A DNA stretch of 64,000 nucleotides from Flavobacteriales bacterium (lineage in GTDB: Bacteria; Bacteroidota; Bacteroidia; Flavobacteriales_F; PHOS-HE28): assembly GCA_023382455.1 (NCBI GenBank), contig JAHDVX010000011.1, positions 6,709-70,708 of the forward strand. The letters are read 5' to 3'. Made by a program: the position numbers and the translations under genes. Positions 36,204 to 45,720 of the stretch are shown piece by piece (the first letter of the stretch is position 1; each line of letters begins with the position of its first letter). A model generated the notes under the pieces. The model was not told the DNA's origin. It did not search any database and worked only from the letters and a program-made list of their open reading frames with translations.

Positions 36204-36710
36204 ATGAAGACCTTCAAACTGTTCGCCGCTGCCCTGCTGATCAGTGTGGCCGCCACTGCAAGTGCCCAATCGGACAAGGCCGCCGCCCAAGCTTGTGCGG
36301 ACATGGCCAAGGCCAAGGCTGAGCTGCTCACCAAGGAACTGGCCCTCAACGGGGAGCAATCCGCCAAGGTGCATGAACTGCTCGCCAAGAATGAGGAGAG
36401 CCTGATCGGCATGCGCGGCCACTGTGCCACCATGGATGCCAAGGCGAAGAAAGCCGACGAGGCCACTTACGCCAGCATCCATGAGCTGTTGGACCCCAAG
36501 CAACAGGAGATCATGAAGGAACTGCAGGCCTCGGGCAAACTGGAGGCGTGCGGCAAGGAAGGCGGCAAGGGCTGCTGCTCCGGGAAAAAGGACATGAAGG
36601 CCGAAGCCGGAAAGGATGCCAAGGGCTGCTGCTCGGGAAAGAAGGCCAAGGAGGGCGCCTCCAAGGAGCCGGCCAAGTTGAAGAGCGCCGATGGCGCTTC
36701 CCTGAATTGA
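36204..36710 (+). CDS. hypothetical periplasmic protein with duplicated KGCCSGKK motif
   Basis: Signal peptide MKTFKLFAAALLISVAATASAQ, a helical Lys/Glu-rich body, and two GCCSGKK repeats near the C-terminus. Confidence 0.55.
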   Translation: MKTFKLFAAALLISVAATASAQSDKAAAQACADMAKAKAELLTKELALNGEQSAKVHELLAKNEESLIGMRGHCATMDAKAKKADEATYASIHELLDPKQQEIMKELQASGKLEACGKEGGKGCCSGKKDMKAEAGKDAKGCCSGKKAKEGASKEPAKLKSADGASLN

Positions 36711-36724
36711 ACTCGGACGTCTGT

Positions 36725-36764
36725 CAATGAAGAAGGGCCGCGCGATCGCGGCCCTTCTTCATTG
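36725..36764. terminator. bidirectional intrinsic terminator (perfect 18-bp stem)
   Basis: CAATGAAGAAGGGCCGCG-cgat-CGCGGCCCTTCTTCATTG lies between convergent genes ending at 36710 and 36782. Confidence 0.8.
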
Positions 36765-36781
36765 ATGGTGATCGGAAGGCC

Positions 36782-37633
36782 TCAGTCCAGCTGCACCACC
36801 AGGTATTTCGACACGCTCCAGAAAGCGGCGGCGTCCTTTATGGTCAGGCTCTCCACACCCTCCTTGCCGCTTACCAGCTCATAGCTTCCGGCCGGATGCG
36901 TGGTGACCACCTTCGCCTTCTTCGCGCCCAAGGGGATCGTGGTGGTCTGCGTGATGTCGATCTGCTTGAAATAGTCCTTGTTGAGGTCGGCCGTGTTCAG
37001 CTTGTTCACGCTGCCGATGCCGATCACCCCGCCTTCCTTGGTCAGGATCCGGTTATCACGCAATTCCTTCTGGGTACCCGTGCAGTACCAAGCCGCGTTC
37101 AGCTCCGCCAGTTGCATGTTGGCCTGTTGCTCCTTGTCCTGGTACATCTGGATCATGCTCGCCAGCGATGCATTGGTGCTGGCCAGCTGTTCCTTGATGG
37201 AGCCGATCTCGGCATCCTTCTCGCGTACGGTCTCTTCGAAGCCGGCGATGGCCTTCTTCAGCTCGGAAAGCTGGGCATTGTCGGCTGCGGAGTTCTTCTT
37301 CATCCGAGCGATGATCGCCCGGTTGGCGTTCAGCAGCGAGTCGATGGCGCGCAGGTCATCCATGATGCCGTGCTCCATGGTGGTGCCCCCTTCCACGTCC
37401 TTGTGTCCTTTCGCCAGGAGCCCTTGCTTCTCCCGGATCAACCGCAGGTTCTCGCTCACCCGGTTGAAGGCCCCGAACATTTCGTTGATGGTGGAATCCT
37501 TCATGGTGCCCTGGTCGGCCACCGTGGCCTTCTCCTGCTCCAATTGCTTGTATTCCTCGCTCTGGGTGGGGTCGCTCTTGCAGGCGGTAAACAGGACCAG
37601 CATGGCCATGCATGCCTTGACGATCGTTTTCAT
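36782..37633 (-). CDS. coiled-coil lipoprotein, hypothetical
   Basis: Lipobox LVLFTAC, then a long heptad-like region. It sits at the 3' end of a shadow ORF. ATG 37633 was verified. Confidence 0.6.
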   Translation of the reverse strand: MKTIVKACMAMLVLFTACKSDPTQSEEYKQLEQEKATVADQGTMKDSTINEMFGAFNRVSENLRLIREKQGLLAKGHKDVEGGTTMEHGIMDDLRAIDSLLNANRAIIARMKKNSAADNAQLSELKKAIAGFEETVREKDAEIGSIKEQLASTNASLASMIQMYQDKEQQANMQLAELNAAWYCTGTQKELRDNRILTKEGGVIGIGSVNKLNTADLNKDYFKQIDITQTTTIPLGAKKAKVVTTHPAGSYELVSGKEGVESLTIKDAAAFWSVSKYLVVQLD

Positions 37634-37776
37634 GGAATTGATTTTTGGTGTGCCGGCGGCGTTGCAGCCCAGCGGGCGCAAAGTTGGGGGTTTTCCGTGC
37701 GGATGGAACGCCCGGAGGTTAAAGTCCGTACCAATTCCGGCCCATGGTGCAACTTTGACACCATTCCGTCGGATCG

Positions 37777-38523
37777 ATGAGCCACCGGAGCATGACCCTG
37801 GTCCGTTGCGCATGGCTGCTGGCCATGGGCTGGGCCGTGGGCGCCTACGGCCAGGGGAAACGCGGAAGCCTGACCGAGGACTTCTCCAAGCTCTCGGCCA
37901 ATGAGCGGGCCCGCATCGCCGCCCGGGAAACGGATGAAGCCGCCAAGGACACCGCCTATCAGGGGCTGATGCAAAGGGCGGAACAGTCCTTCCAGGATCG
38001 GCGGTACGAGGAGGCTTTGGACGGCTTCCGCAAAGCCCGTGAGCTGCGGCCCTACAATGTCTACCCGAAAGTAAAGATCGAGGACCTGGAGGCTTTGATC
38101 GCCAAGCAGCAAGAGGCTCGACCGGCACAGGGGCAACCTGAGCCGGCTTCACCTCCGCCCTCTCCCGCGCCACCAAGCACCACAGAGGTGGCGCCGCTGC
38201 CGACCAAACCTGCATCGCAGCAGACCCTGGCCCCGCCTCCACCTGCACCCAAGTCCGTGGAAGCGCCGCCCCGGGCTCCGGCCACCATCCCTGCCCAGCC
38301 CACCCGGCAGCAGTCCATCCGGCAAGTCCCTGAAGACCGCCCACCCACCATCGGGGAGCGCATGTACAAGGAAGGAGGGGCCGTGGTCATCGAGCGGACC
38401 GTGGAGGACGATGGAAGGCCCACTGTGTACAAGAAGGTGATGCACCCCTGGGGGCAGGTCTTCTTCTTCAAGGACGGCCTGGCCATCAGCCAGCAGCAGT
38501 GGGACACCCGGTTCACGCCTTAG
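37777..38523 (+). CDS. hypothetical secreted protein with proline-rich linker
   Basis: Signal-like N-terminus, a TPR-like helix pair, a PAPP-rich segment and a small C-terminal domain. Confidence 0.5.
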   Translation: MSHRSMTLVRCAWLLAMGWAVGAYGQGKRGSLTEDFSKLSANERARIAARETDEAAKDTAYQGLMQRAEQSFQDRRYEEALDGFRKARELRPYNVYPKVKIEDLEALIAKQQEARPAQGQPEPASPPPSPAPPSTTEVAPLPTKPASQQTLAPPPPAPKSVEAPPRAPATIPAQPTRQQSIRQVPEDRPPTIGERMYKEGGAVVIERTVEDDGRPTVYKKVMHPWGQVFFFKDGLAISQQQWDTRFTP

Positions 38524-38899
38524 CGTCCCCCACCAGCCGTACCGGCATTTCCAGCAAACTGCGGTAATCCGCCCCGGCCTCCTCCATGTCCAGGTCGTCG
38601 CTGGCGTGGTGCCATTCCATTTCCACCTGGCTGGTTCCGGACAAATGGATCTCGTCCATCACCTTCAGCAGGTCCAATAGGTACTTGGAACTGCTGGAGT
38701 TGAAATAGCTGAGGCCGATCCAGACCGTGGTGCTCCGGGCAGGTTGCTTGGCATACGCCTCGGCCTGCTCGATCAGGGGGCGGAAGAAGCCTTCCGCATT
38801 TTCGTGGATGGAACAGCCTTCGATGCGCAGCATCCCCTTCTCCGTATCGAACAGGACCTCAGGGGTCTTGTCCGTGCTTGCGAGGTGAAATCGGCTCAT
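38513..38899 (-). CDS. DUF1987 (SiaC-like) domain protein
   Basis: 128-aa protein: LFDTEKGMLRIEGCSIHENAEGFFRPL, YFNSSSSKYLLDLL, and an acidic C-terminal half. Confidence 0.65.
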   Translation of the reverse strand: MSRFHLASTDKTPEVLFDTEKGMLRIEGCSIHENAEGFFRPLIEQAEAYAKQPARSTTVWIGLSYFNSSSSKYLLDLLKVMDEIHLSGTSQVEMEWHHASDDLDMEEAGADYRSLLEMPVRLVGDAKA

Positions 38900-38906
38900 C
38901 CCGGTG

Positions 38907-38914
38907 TGAAGGTA
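38907..38914 (-). promoter_or_regulatory. promoter-like box TACCTTCA, 7 nt before the DUF1987 ATG
   Basis: Minus-strand TACCTTCA-CACCGGG-ATG. Confidence 0.35.
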
Positions 38915-39010
38915 GGATGCTTTTCCCTTTCCGCCGGACCGGATGATGATTGGCGCATCGGAAATCACCGGGCTTGGTGTAACTTCAGGCCCATCTAGCA
39001 CGCGACCCCC

Positions 39011-39811
39011 ATGGCCATCAAAAATATCCTGGTTCCCTACGATTTCTCGGAGTGCGCCACCGATGCACTGCGCGTGGCCGCCAAGCTGGCGCGGCTCAGC
39101 AAGGCCACACTGCACCTGGTGCATGTGTATGAGGACATGGTGGATTTCCACACCAGCAACCAGCGGATGCGCGAGGATATCGAGCTTCGGCTGGACAAGG
39201 TGCCGGAGATGCCGTTCCTGCACGGGATCCCCATGAAGCGGTTCATGTTGCGGCAGTTCACCGTCACCGACATGTTCCGCAACCAGCAACTGCGGAGCAT
39301 GGACCTGATCGTGATGGGGAGCAACGGCGCCCGCGGCCTCGGCGGTATGGTGGGCTCCAACACGCAACGCGTGGTGCGCATCGCGCCAATGCCTATCCTG
39401 GTGATCAAGCACTATGCGGAGGATTTCGATGTGAAGGACTTGGTTTACGCCTCCAACTTCACGGCCACGGACATCGAGAAGTTCCTTGCCTTCCGTCCTT
39501 TGGTGGAACTCTTCGACCCGAAGATCCATCTGCTGAAGGTGAACACCCCGGGCAACTTCGAGCGCAGCGCCGACAGCTACAAGGCGATCGACCGGTTCCT
39601 GCAGCAATACGAACTGCGGAAATTCACCACCACCATCTACAATGACCTCAGCGTGGAGGAAGGCATCCTGAACTTCGCGCGGGGGATCGATGCGGACATG
39701 ATCGCCATGGCCACCCACGGGCGCAAGGGCTTCTTCCATGTGGTGAACGGCAGTGTGACCGAGGATATCGTGAACCGCACCACCTTCCCCATCCTCAGTG
39801 TAAAACTCTGA
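39011..39811 (+). CDS. universal stress protein (tandem UspA domains)
   Basis: Motifs ILVPYDFSE, DLIVMGSNGARGLGGMVGSNTQRVV, MIAMATHGRKGFFHVVNGSVTEDIV. Confidence 0.85.
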   Translation: MAIKNILVPYDFSECATDALRVAAKLARLSKATLHLVHVYEDMVDFHTSNQRMREDIELRLDKVPEMPFLHGIPMKRFMLRQFTVTDMFRNQQLRSMDLIVMGSNGARGLGGMVGSNTQRVVRIAPMPILVIKHYAEDFDVKDLVYASNFTATDIEKFLAFRPLVELFDPKIHLLKVNTPGNFERSADSYKAIDRFLQQYELRKFTTTIYNDLSVEEGILNFARGIDADMIAMATHGRKGFFHVVNGSVTEDIVNRTTFPILSVKL

Positions 39812-39825
39812 GCCCGGAGAGGCAC

Positions 39826-39845
39826 AAGGGGGCGGGCATCCCCTT
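39826..39845 (+). terminator. possible terminator after usp
   Basis: AAGGGG-gcgggcau-CCCCUU followed by AUCUU. The U tract is weak. Confidence 0.35.
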
Positions 39846-39871
39846 ATCTTAGCGCTAACAATCATCCATAC

Positions 39872-40189
39872 ATGAAATTCCAGCACCGGAAGTATCCGGC
39901 CAAACGGGGCGAAGTGATCGAGGTGGGCCTCCATGGCCAAGCCATGGTGAAATTCATGACGGCCAAGGAATTCAAGAACTACGCAGGCGGGCGCACCCAC
40001 ACTTACTACAAGGGGCGGCCAGAGGGCGATTCCGTCCGGTTCGTACTACCCTTCGACGGTATTTGGCATGCCGTGGTGGAGAAGGCAAAGGACCAGGTGG
40101 CCGCCACGTGCAAGCTGCGCGCCCTCGACCCCGAACTGGCCCGGGCCGTGTTGCAGGAAGCCGATGCGGAAAGGACCGGGGAAGCATGA
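39872..40189 (+). CDS. DUF1883 domain protein
   Basis: Motifs MKF.H....KRGEVIEV, VKFMTAKEFKNY. Small 105-aa protein. Confidence 0.55.
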   Translation: MKFQHRKYPAKRGEVIEVGLHGQAMVKFMTAKEFKNYAGGRTHTYYKGRPEGDSVRFVLPFDGIWHAVVEKAKDQVAATCKLRALDPELARAVLQEADAERTGEA

Positions 40190-40209
40190 ACCATTGACCT
40201 GGTGGACCC

Positions 40210-40917
40210 ATGCCGAACGCCAAGGAAGACGAACTCCTGAGCCTCTTACGGGGCCAAGGGGAGGTGATCCAAGAGGTGTACTCTGTGCTGGAGGCCGAGG
40301 AAAAGAAGGACGCCTTGGTGCGCGCATCGATCCTCAGCAGCCTGGAACCCGGTGGAAACCGGATCCCGGGCGTGAACATGGCCCGCATCTTCCACGAGGA
40401 GGACATCCGCAGGGTCTGCGTGAAATACCGCCTGCGTTTCCTGCCCGCAGGGCGCTTCAAGGGTGCGATACCCCATGAGGCGGTGATCGCGGTGCGGCAG
40501 TTGGAGGCAAAGGCCGGGGCCACGCTCAAGGGGTACAAGATCATGGCGCCGGCCAAGCGCTTCCGCCTTTGCGATACCGACGCCGACCCGTTCCTCTTCG
40601 TTCCCGTGGGTGGTGATTGCTACTACCTGGTACACAAATGGGGCCGGGACATGCACCCCTGGCGTGCAGTATGGACCTGGCCGGTGCGCAACTGGCTGAA
40701 CCTCGTGGCCACCACCGCGGTGCTGGCCGCACTGCTGGGGGCCATCATGCCCACGGCATGGATCACCCCGGTGCCGGATGCTCCATGGTGGGGCGGCTAC
40801 CGTTTCGGTGCGTTCTTCTGGGCCGCGATGGTCGTCGGTGCGGCCAGCTCCTTCAGTTGGTTCGCATTCTACGGGCAATTCAGCGACCAAGCCTGGAAGA
40901 GCAAGACGTTCAATTGA
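40210..40917 (+). CDS. hypothetical membrane protein
   Basis: Soluble N-terminal ~140 aa followed by two or three hydrophobic helices. No family was recognised. Confidence 0.5.
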   Translation: MPNAKEDELLSLLRGQGEVIQEVYSVLEAEEKKDALVRASILSSLEPGGNRIPGVNMARIFHEEDIRRVCVKYRLRFLPAGRFKGAIPHEAVIAVRQLEAKAGATLKGYKIMAPAKRFRLCDTDADPFLFVPVGGDCYYLVHKWGRDMHPWRAVWTWPVRNWLNLVATTAVLAALLGAIMPTAWITPVPDAPWWGGYRFGAFFWAAMVVGAASSFSWFAFYGQFSDQAWKSKTFN

Positions 40918-40929
40918 CGCCAGGCGGGG

Positions 40930-41127
40930 TCAAAGGACCTGCCGTGCCTCATTGGACGTGCCCGTCTTGCACACACATGCCGAGCGGAACCATTGCTTCA
41001 ATGTTTCGCGCTCCTCAGGCAATAGCTGTCGGAAGGCTTTGCGCATCTCCTTCCGGAAAACAGCTTTGTCCGCGTAGCTGATCTTCGAGAGCACTTCCTG
41101 ATAGTAATCGATCAATGGCTTGCCCAT
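40930..41127 (-). CDS. small hypothetical protein (65 aa)
   Basis: ATG-initiated ORF with plausible helical, charged composition in an otherwise unassigned gap. No recognisable family or promoter box. Confidence 0.3.
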   Translation of the reverse strand: MGKPLIDYYQEVLSKISYADKAVFRKEMRKAFRQLLPEERETLKQWFRSACVCKTGTSNEARQVL

Positions 41128-41256
41128 GATTGAACGGTATGACGTGATCCGTATCCGTGATTATCCACCAGCTACGGTGGATCGGCCCACGGCCAGTTCC
41201 ATATTCCTACGTTGACTGAACAACGGATGTTGCAGCGGTGACCGCCGTCCACTGCT

Positions 41257-41294
41257 GGAAAAAAGGAAAGGGGCCAACCCTCGCGGGTGGCCCC
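41257..41294 (-). terminator. rho-independent terminator of hsp20
   Basis: On the minus strand, GGGGCCACCCGCGAGGGUUGGCCCC is followed by UUUCCUUUUUU, about 20 nt after the hsp20 stop. Confidence 0.8.
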
Positions 41295-41314
41295 TCACCC
41301 CCGGCCTGCATCAG

Positions 41315-41755
41315 TTAGCCGATGGCGATCTGACGCACAGGCGGCTTCACCTCAGCCTTCTTCGGGATGCTCACCTTGAGCACACCGTTCACGTGTTCCG
41401 CCGAGATGGCGTCGGCCTGCACCATCTCCGGCAAGCGGAAGCTGCGGGTGAATGCGCGGGTGGAGAACTCGCGGCGCGTGAACCGCTCATCTTCCTTCAG
41501 TTCCTCCGTCTTGTGCTCCGCGCTGATGGTGAGCAAGTCGTTCTCCATGTTCACCTTCAGGTCCTCCTTGGCGAAGCCGGGGGCCTGCATCTCCAGCTTG
41601 TAGCCCGCTGCATCCTCCACGATGTTCACGCGGGGCACCGCGCGCGGCAGGTCATCTCGGCCTTGCAGGTGGTCGATGTTGCCGAAGAAGTGGTCCATCA
41701 TGTCACTGAACGGCCGGAATTGCACCGGGAAGGAAAGTTCTTTCAAGTAGGTCAT
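41315..41755 (-). CDS. Hsp20/alpha-crystallin small heat-shock protein
   Basis: ACD pattern (VNIVEDAAGYKLEMQAPGFAKEDLKV, LTISAEH, F.RSFRLP, GVLKVSIPK). It is followed by a strong terminator. Confidence 0.9.
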   Translation of the reverse strand: MTYLKELSFPVQFRPFSDMMDHFFGNIDHLQGRDDLPRAVPRVNIVEDAAGYKLEMQAPGFAKEDLKVNMENDLLTISAEHKTEELKEDERFTRREFSTRAFTRSFRLPEMVQADAISAEHVNGVLKVSIPKKAEVKPPVRQIAIG

Positions 41756-41898
41756 GGCGTTGGTTGGTTTTGTGGGTTCCAGTTCGGCCCTTGATCATCG
41801 AACTCAATGCCATTCCCTAAAAGGTGACAAACGGAAAGTTTGCGCAACACAAATAAGCCATTTAGGCAGTCGCACAAAGCCCCGGACTGTCGTTTTGC

Positions 41899-42645
41899 CT
41901 ACTGAGCGAGAAAAATGTAGGTGATGGTGCCCCGCTGGGGCTGTTCCGCAGTGGACGAAGCCGAGAAACGGGCGCCGCTCGCCGAGGCCATGGCGTGCTC
42001 GGCCATGCACCCGGTGAGGGAAGTGCTTCGTGGGTCCAGCTCTGCCTTGCGTACGGCTCCGGAGCGATCCACCGCCACACGGACGATGATCTTGCCGCTT
42101 CCCTTGCAGAGGTAGGCGGGTACTTCAAGCACGATATCCGTACGACCGGCGAGGTCATAGGCCACGGTGGTGAGGCCTTCCACCTTCATGGGCAGGGTCG
42201 GCTTGGGCATGTAGTTGCGCTTGTCGAACTTGGTGGTGTCCAGCTTGGGGATGGTGATGTCCCGCCCCTGTTCGGTGCGTTCCTTGGCCAAGCGCTCGAA
42301 CTCCTGGCGCTCCAGGTCGGTCAGCTCCTTTTCCACGTTTTGCGCCAGTTGCTCCTGCGCCCTTCGGGAAAGCTGTTGGGCGGTGGCCGGTGTCGCCGTG
42401 AGGTTACTGGCCAGGTTGGTCACTTGCTGGGGCACGGCTTGCGCCTCCTCCTCGGAGGGAGGCATGGGCTCCTCTTCGATGTCCTCAAACTCCAGCACGA
42501 TGGGTTCCTGTGCCGGTTCCGGCGTCCGGCGGTCAATGGTGGAAATGGCCATCACGAACATCAAGGCGGTATGGACCATCAGCGTACCGATGATGCCATA
42601 CTTGTGGCGCTCGAAAAGGTCGAGTGTGCGGTCGAGCAGGTTCAT
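41899..42645 (-). CDS. TonB-like energy-transducer protein
   Basis: N-terminal TM anchor, a Glu/Pro-rich linker, and a C-terminal ~80 aa with TonB_C-like pattern (GKIIVRVAVDRSGAV, ARF). Confidence 0.5.
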   Translation of the reverse strand: MNLLDRTLDLFERHKYGIIGTLMVHTALMFVMAISTIDRRTPEPAQEPIVLEFEDIEEEPMPPSEEEAQAVPQQVTNLASNLTATPATAQQLSRRAQEQLAQNVEKELTDLERQEFERLAKERTEQGRDITIPKLDTTKFDKRNYMPKPTLPMKVEGLTTVAYDLAGRTDIVLEVPAYLCKGSGKIIVRVAVDRSGAVRKAELDPRSTSLTGCMAEHAMASASGARFSASSTAEQPQRGTITYIFLAQ

Positions 42646-42702
42646 GCCGAGGTCAACGCAGGCGTAAAGTAATGCAGCTGCAAGGGCCGCGCCGAAGGCT
42701 GC

Positions 42703-44055
42703 TCATCGCATACGGATGCGCCAAGGCGGAGGCCACAGGTTGTTCCATCGGTTTCCGGCGCCGTTCACCCAGCCAAGGCCCAAGCCCTTGAAGCGGACCA
42801 AGGCCGTGCCCTCCGCCCCGGATGCCGGTAAGGCTTCACCCCGCAGGTAGCGCAAGGCCTCTTCGAGCGGCAAGTCCAATACCGTGAACGCATCGGCCCG
42901 CAGCGCCGTGCTGAGCGCGAGCGCAGGGTGGGGAAGCCATTTCCCACCTTTCCGCATGGCCACCGGCAGACCGGGGTTCAACATGGGCAGGTGCACCGCC
43001 AAGGTTTCCACCAGACGCAGCCAACGATGATCAAGCGCATGCAGTACTTCCTGCCCTTGGATCCCAGCCCAGCGACTCGGTTCGTTCAACCATCCTTGGG
43101 CCAATGGCTGGAGCTCACTGCCTGCCCTTTTTCCCTTTACATATGCAGCCTCGGCACCCTGGTCCCCCGGCTTGCGCAAGGCGGCAAGGAAGAACCCTTC
43201 TCCACGCATGCGGTGCGGGTAGCAGCGGAGGCCGGGCCCGGATGCCACCACACCCCAGGCCGGATCCACCGGAACAGGCACGTACTCCGCACCCCGATCG
43301 ACCAGGCGCTGCACCTGGTCCTCGTTCTCCACGGTTTCCCACGTGCAGGTGCTGTAGATTAAATGGCCGCCGGGCAACAACACTTCCCACGCATGCTCGA
43401 GAATGGTGTTCTGCCTTGCCGCACAGGTGGCCACCAGGTTCGGCCCCCATTGGGAGCGTGCGTGGGGGTCCTTGCGGAACATGCCTTCGCCCGAGCAAGG
43501 TGCATCCACCACCACCAGATGGCAGAAAGCACCCAAGGGCGCAAGGGCTTGCGGCTCCGCGCCGGTGAGCACCACGTCCGCCCTGCCCCACTTCCAGATG
43601 TTCTCGGCCAAGGCGCCCTGCCGCTGCCTCACGGGTTCATTGGCGATCAACAAGGCATCGGGCGGCAGCCAGCCTGCGAGGTGCGTGGCCTTGCCGCCTG
43701 GTGCTGCACAGAGGTCGAGGGCCACGGCGTTCGGCGGAAGGGGCCCGCAGGCCGTCAAGGCCTGCTCCAGCAGCATGCTGGCGGCTTCCTGCACGTAATA
43801 CGCGCCGGCGTGCAGCAGCGGGTCCAAGGTGAACACGGGGCGTTGCTCCAGGTACCGGCCATGGAGGCACCACGGCACGGGTTCCCCAGCGGTGTCGGCA
43901 GGCTTGGCGGGATTCCGCCGGATGCTTACCGGCGATGGCTGCCGCAGGGCTTCCAGCAGGGCATCAGCCTCCTCGCCGAGCAGCCCGGCCACATGTGGCG
44001 GCAGCGCCAGCGGTGGCGCCGGGGCCACGGATAGCGGGTATCGCTTGCGGCCCAT
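42703..44055 (-). CDS. RsmB/RsmF (NOL1/NOP2/Sun) family rRNA cytosine-C5 methyltransferase
   Basis: Motifs LDLCAAPGGKATHL, VVVDAPCSGEGMFRKDP, IYSTCT. The start at ATG 44055 avoids overlap with purA. Confidence 0.8.
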   Translation of the reverse strand: MGRKRYPLSVAPAPPLALPPHVAGLLGEEADALLEALRQPSPVSIRRNPAKPADTAGEPVPWCLHGRYLEQRPVFTLDPLLHAGAYYVQEAASMLLEQALTACGPLPPNAVALDLCAAPGGKATHLAGWLPPDALLIANEPVRQRQGALAENIWKWGRADVVLTGAEPQALAPLGAFCHLVVVDAPCSGEGMFRKDPHARSQWGPNLVATCAARQNTILEHAWEVLLPGGHLIYSTCTWETVENEDQVQRLVDRGAEYVPVPVDPAWGVVASGPGLRCYPHRMRGEGFFLAALRKPGDQGAEAAYVKGKRAGSELQPLAQGWLNEPSRWAGIQGQEVLHALDHRWLRLVETLAVHLPMLNPGLPVAMRKGGKWLPHPALALSTALRADAFTVLDLPLEEALRYLRGEALPASGAEGTALVRFKGLGLGWVNGAGNRWNNLWPPPWRIRMR

Positions 44056-44062
44056 GGAGGGC

Positions 44063-45340
44063 TCAACGCGTCGCGACCTCGGGACCACGCATGATGGTGG
44101 CCGTACGGTCGGGGCCGGTGGAAACCAAGCAGACAGGTACGCCCACGGCCTTTTCGATGAAGGCGATGTAGTGCTCCAACGCGGCGGGCAACGCCTCGCC
44201 CGGGTTGATGGCGCCCCATCCCTCCAGCTCGGTGTAGCACGGTTGCAGGCCTTCGGAGAGCTCGTAGGGGAAATTCGGCGTCTCCTTGCCGTCGATGCGG
44301 TAGGCGGTGCAGACCCGCACGGACCCCATGCCGCTGAGCACGTCGGCCTTCATCATGGCCAGCTCGGTGATGCCGTTCACCATCACGGCGAACCGTAGGG
44401 CGGGCAGGTCCAACCAGCCGCAGCGCCGCGGCCTTCCGGTGGTGGCGCCAAACTCGTTGCCCGCCTTGCGCAGGGCCTCGCCTTGGGCATCGTGCAGTTC
44501 GGTGGGGAAAGGTCCGCTGCCCACGCGGGTGCAGTAGGCCTTGAAGATGCCGATGACCCTGCCAATGCGCGACGGGCCGATGCCCAGGCCGGTGCAGGCC
44601 CCGGCACTGATCGTGTTGCTGGAGGTCACGAAGGGATAGGTGCCGAAATCGATGTCGAGCAAGGTGCCCTGCGCGCCTTCGGCCATCACACGGTCACCGG
44701 CGGCCAGGCGTTCGTTCAGCCACTGCTCGCTGTCCACGAGTTGGAAGCTGCGCAGGGTCTCCACCGCTTGCAGCCACTCCGCCTCGTTGGCACGCCAGTC
44801 CACCTGATGGTCGTGTATGCCGAAGAGGCGTTCATGCTTGGCCACAAGCGCACGGTAGCGCTCCATGAAATCAGGCCGCTCGATATCGCCGATGCGCAGG
44901 CCGTTGCGGCCGGTCTTGTCCATGTACGTGGGCCCGATCCCCTTCAGGGTGGAACCGATCTTTCCCTGGCCCTTGTCGGCCTCGCTGGCCGCATCCAGTG
45001 CCCGGTGCGTGGGCAGGATCAGATGGGCGCGGCGGCTGATCAGCAGGCGGGGCCGCACATCCACCCCGGCATCATCCAGCGATTTCACTTCCCGCAGGAA
45101 GACCACGGGGTCGATCACCACGCCATTGCCCACCAGATTCCAAATGCCCTCCCGGAACACGCCGCTGGGAATGGTGTGCAGCACGTGCTTCTTCCCGTCG
45201 AAGATCAAGGTATGGCCCGCGTTGGGTCCGCCTTGGAATCGGGCGATCACGGCATAATCGGGGGCCACCACATCAACCACCTTGCCCTTGCCCTCGTCGC
45301 CCCATTGTGCGCCGAGGATCACATCCACTTTGGCCGCCAT
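44063..45340 (-). CDS. purA: adenylosuccinate synthase
   Basis: Motifs GAQWGDEGKGKVVD, GGPNAGHT, GIGPTYMDK, GATTGRPRRCGW. Confidence 0.95.
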   Translation of the reverse strand: MAAKVDVILGAQWGDEGKGKVVDVVAPDYAVIARFQGGPNAGHTLIFDGKKHVLHTIPSGVFREGIWNLVGNGVVIDPVVFLREVKSLDDAGVDVRPRLLISRRAHLILPTHRALDAASEADKGQGKIGSTLKGIGPTYMDKTGRNGLRIGDIERPDFMERYRALVAKHERLFGIHDHQVDWRANEAEWLQAVETLRSFQLVDSEQWLNERLAAGDRVMAEGAQGTLLDIDFGTYPFVTSSNTISAGACTGLGIGPSRIGRVIGIFKAYCTRVGSGPFPTELHDAQGEALRKAGNEFGATTGRPRRCGWLDLPALRFAVMVNGITELAMMKADVLSGMGSVRVCTAYRIDGKETPNFPYELSEGLQPCYTELEGWGAINPGEALPAALEHYIAFIEKAVGVPVCLVSTGPDRTATIMRGPEVATR

Positions 45341-45345
45341 GGTTC

Positions 45346-45720
45346 TCAGGCGCGGACCTTCGCCAAGGCGAGGTCCACGGTATCCAGGATGGGGAACACG
45401 GTATCCAACTTGGTGACCACGAATAGCTGGCGCACCCCGTGGGAGACTGCGGCCAGCAGCACCTGGCCACCGGCCTTGCGGGTGCGGGTGAGCACGCTGA
45501 TCATGATGTTCAGGCCGGTGCTATTCATGTACAGCAGGGCACCCATGTCCAGCACCACGTTCACGCCCTCGTTGTCCTTCAGGTGTACATCAAGCACCTC
45601 CATCAGGTGGTCTGCCTGCTGCTGGTCCATCAGCCGGCCGTTCAGGTGGAAGACCTTGGCGCCCTCTTGATCGGTGACCTCAAGGCTGAAGGTGGGTTTA
45701 TCGGTTGCTGTGCTGGTCAT
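45346..45720 (-). CDS. STAS domain protein (anti-sigma-factor antagonist-like)
   Basis: 124 aa with a SpoIIAA-like pattern (VVLDMGALLYMNSTGLNIMISV, GGQVLL). It overlaps the fur 3' end by 23 nt. Confidence 0.75.
   Translation of the reverse strand: MTSTATDKPTFSLEVTDQEGAKVFHLNGRLMDQQQADHLMEVLDVHLKDNEGVNVVLDMGALLYMNSTGLNIMISVLTRTRKAGGQVLLAAVSHGVRQLFVVTKLDTVFPILDTVDLALAKVRA

Noticed and set aside
41756-41898. Promoter box or heat-shock regulatory element upstream of hsp20.
   Set aside because: Only weak partial matches (TCCGTTTG, CACCTTTT) are present. No inverted repeat resembling CIRCE or a clear TAnnTT(T/C)G box could be placed.
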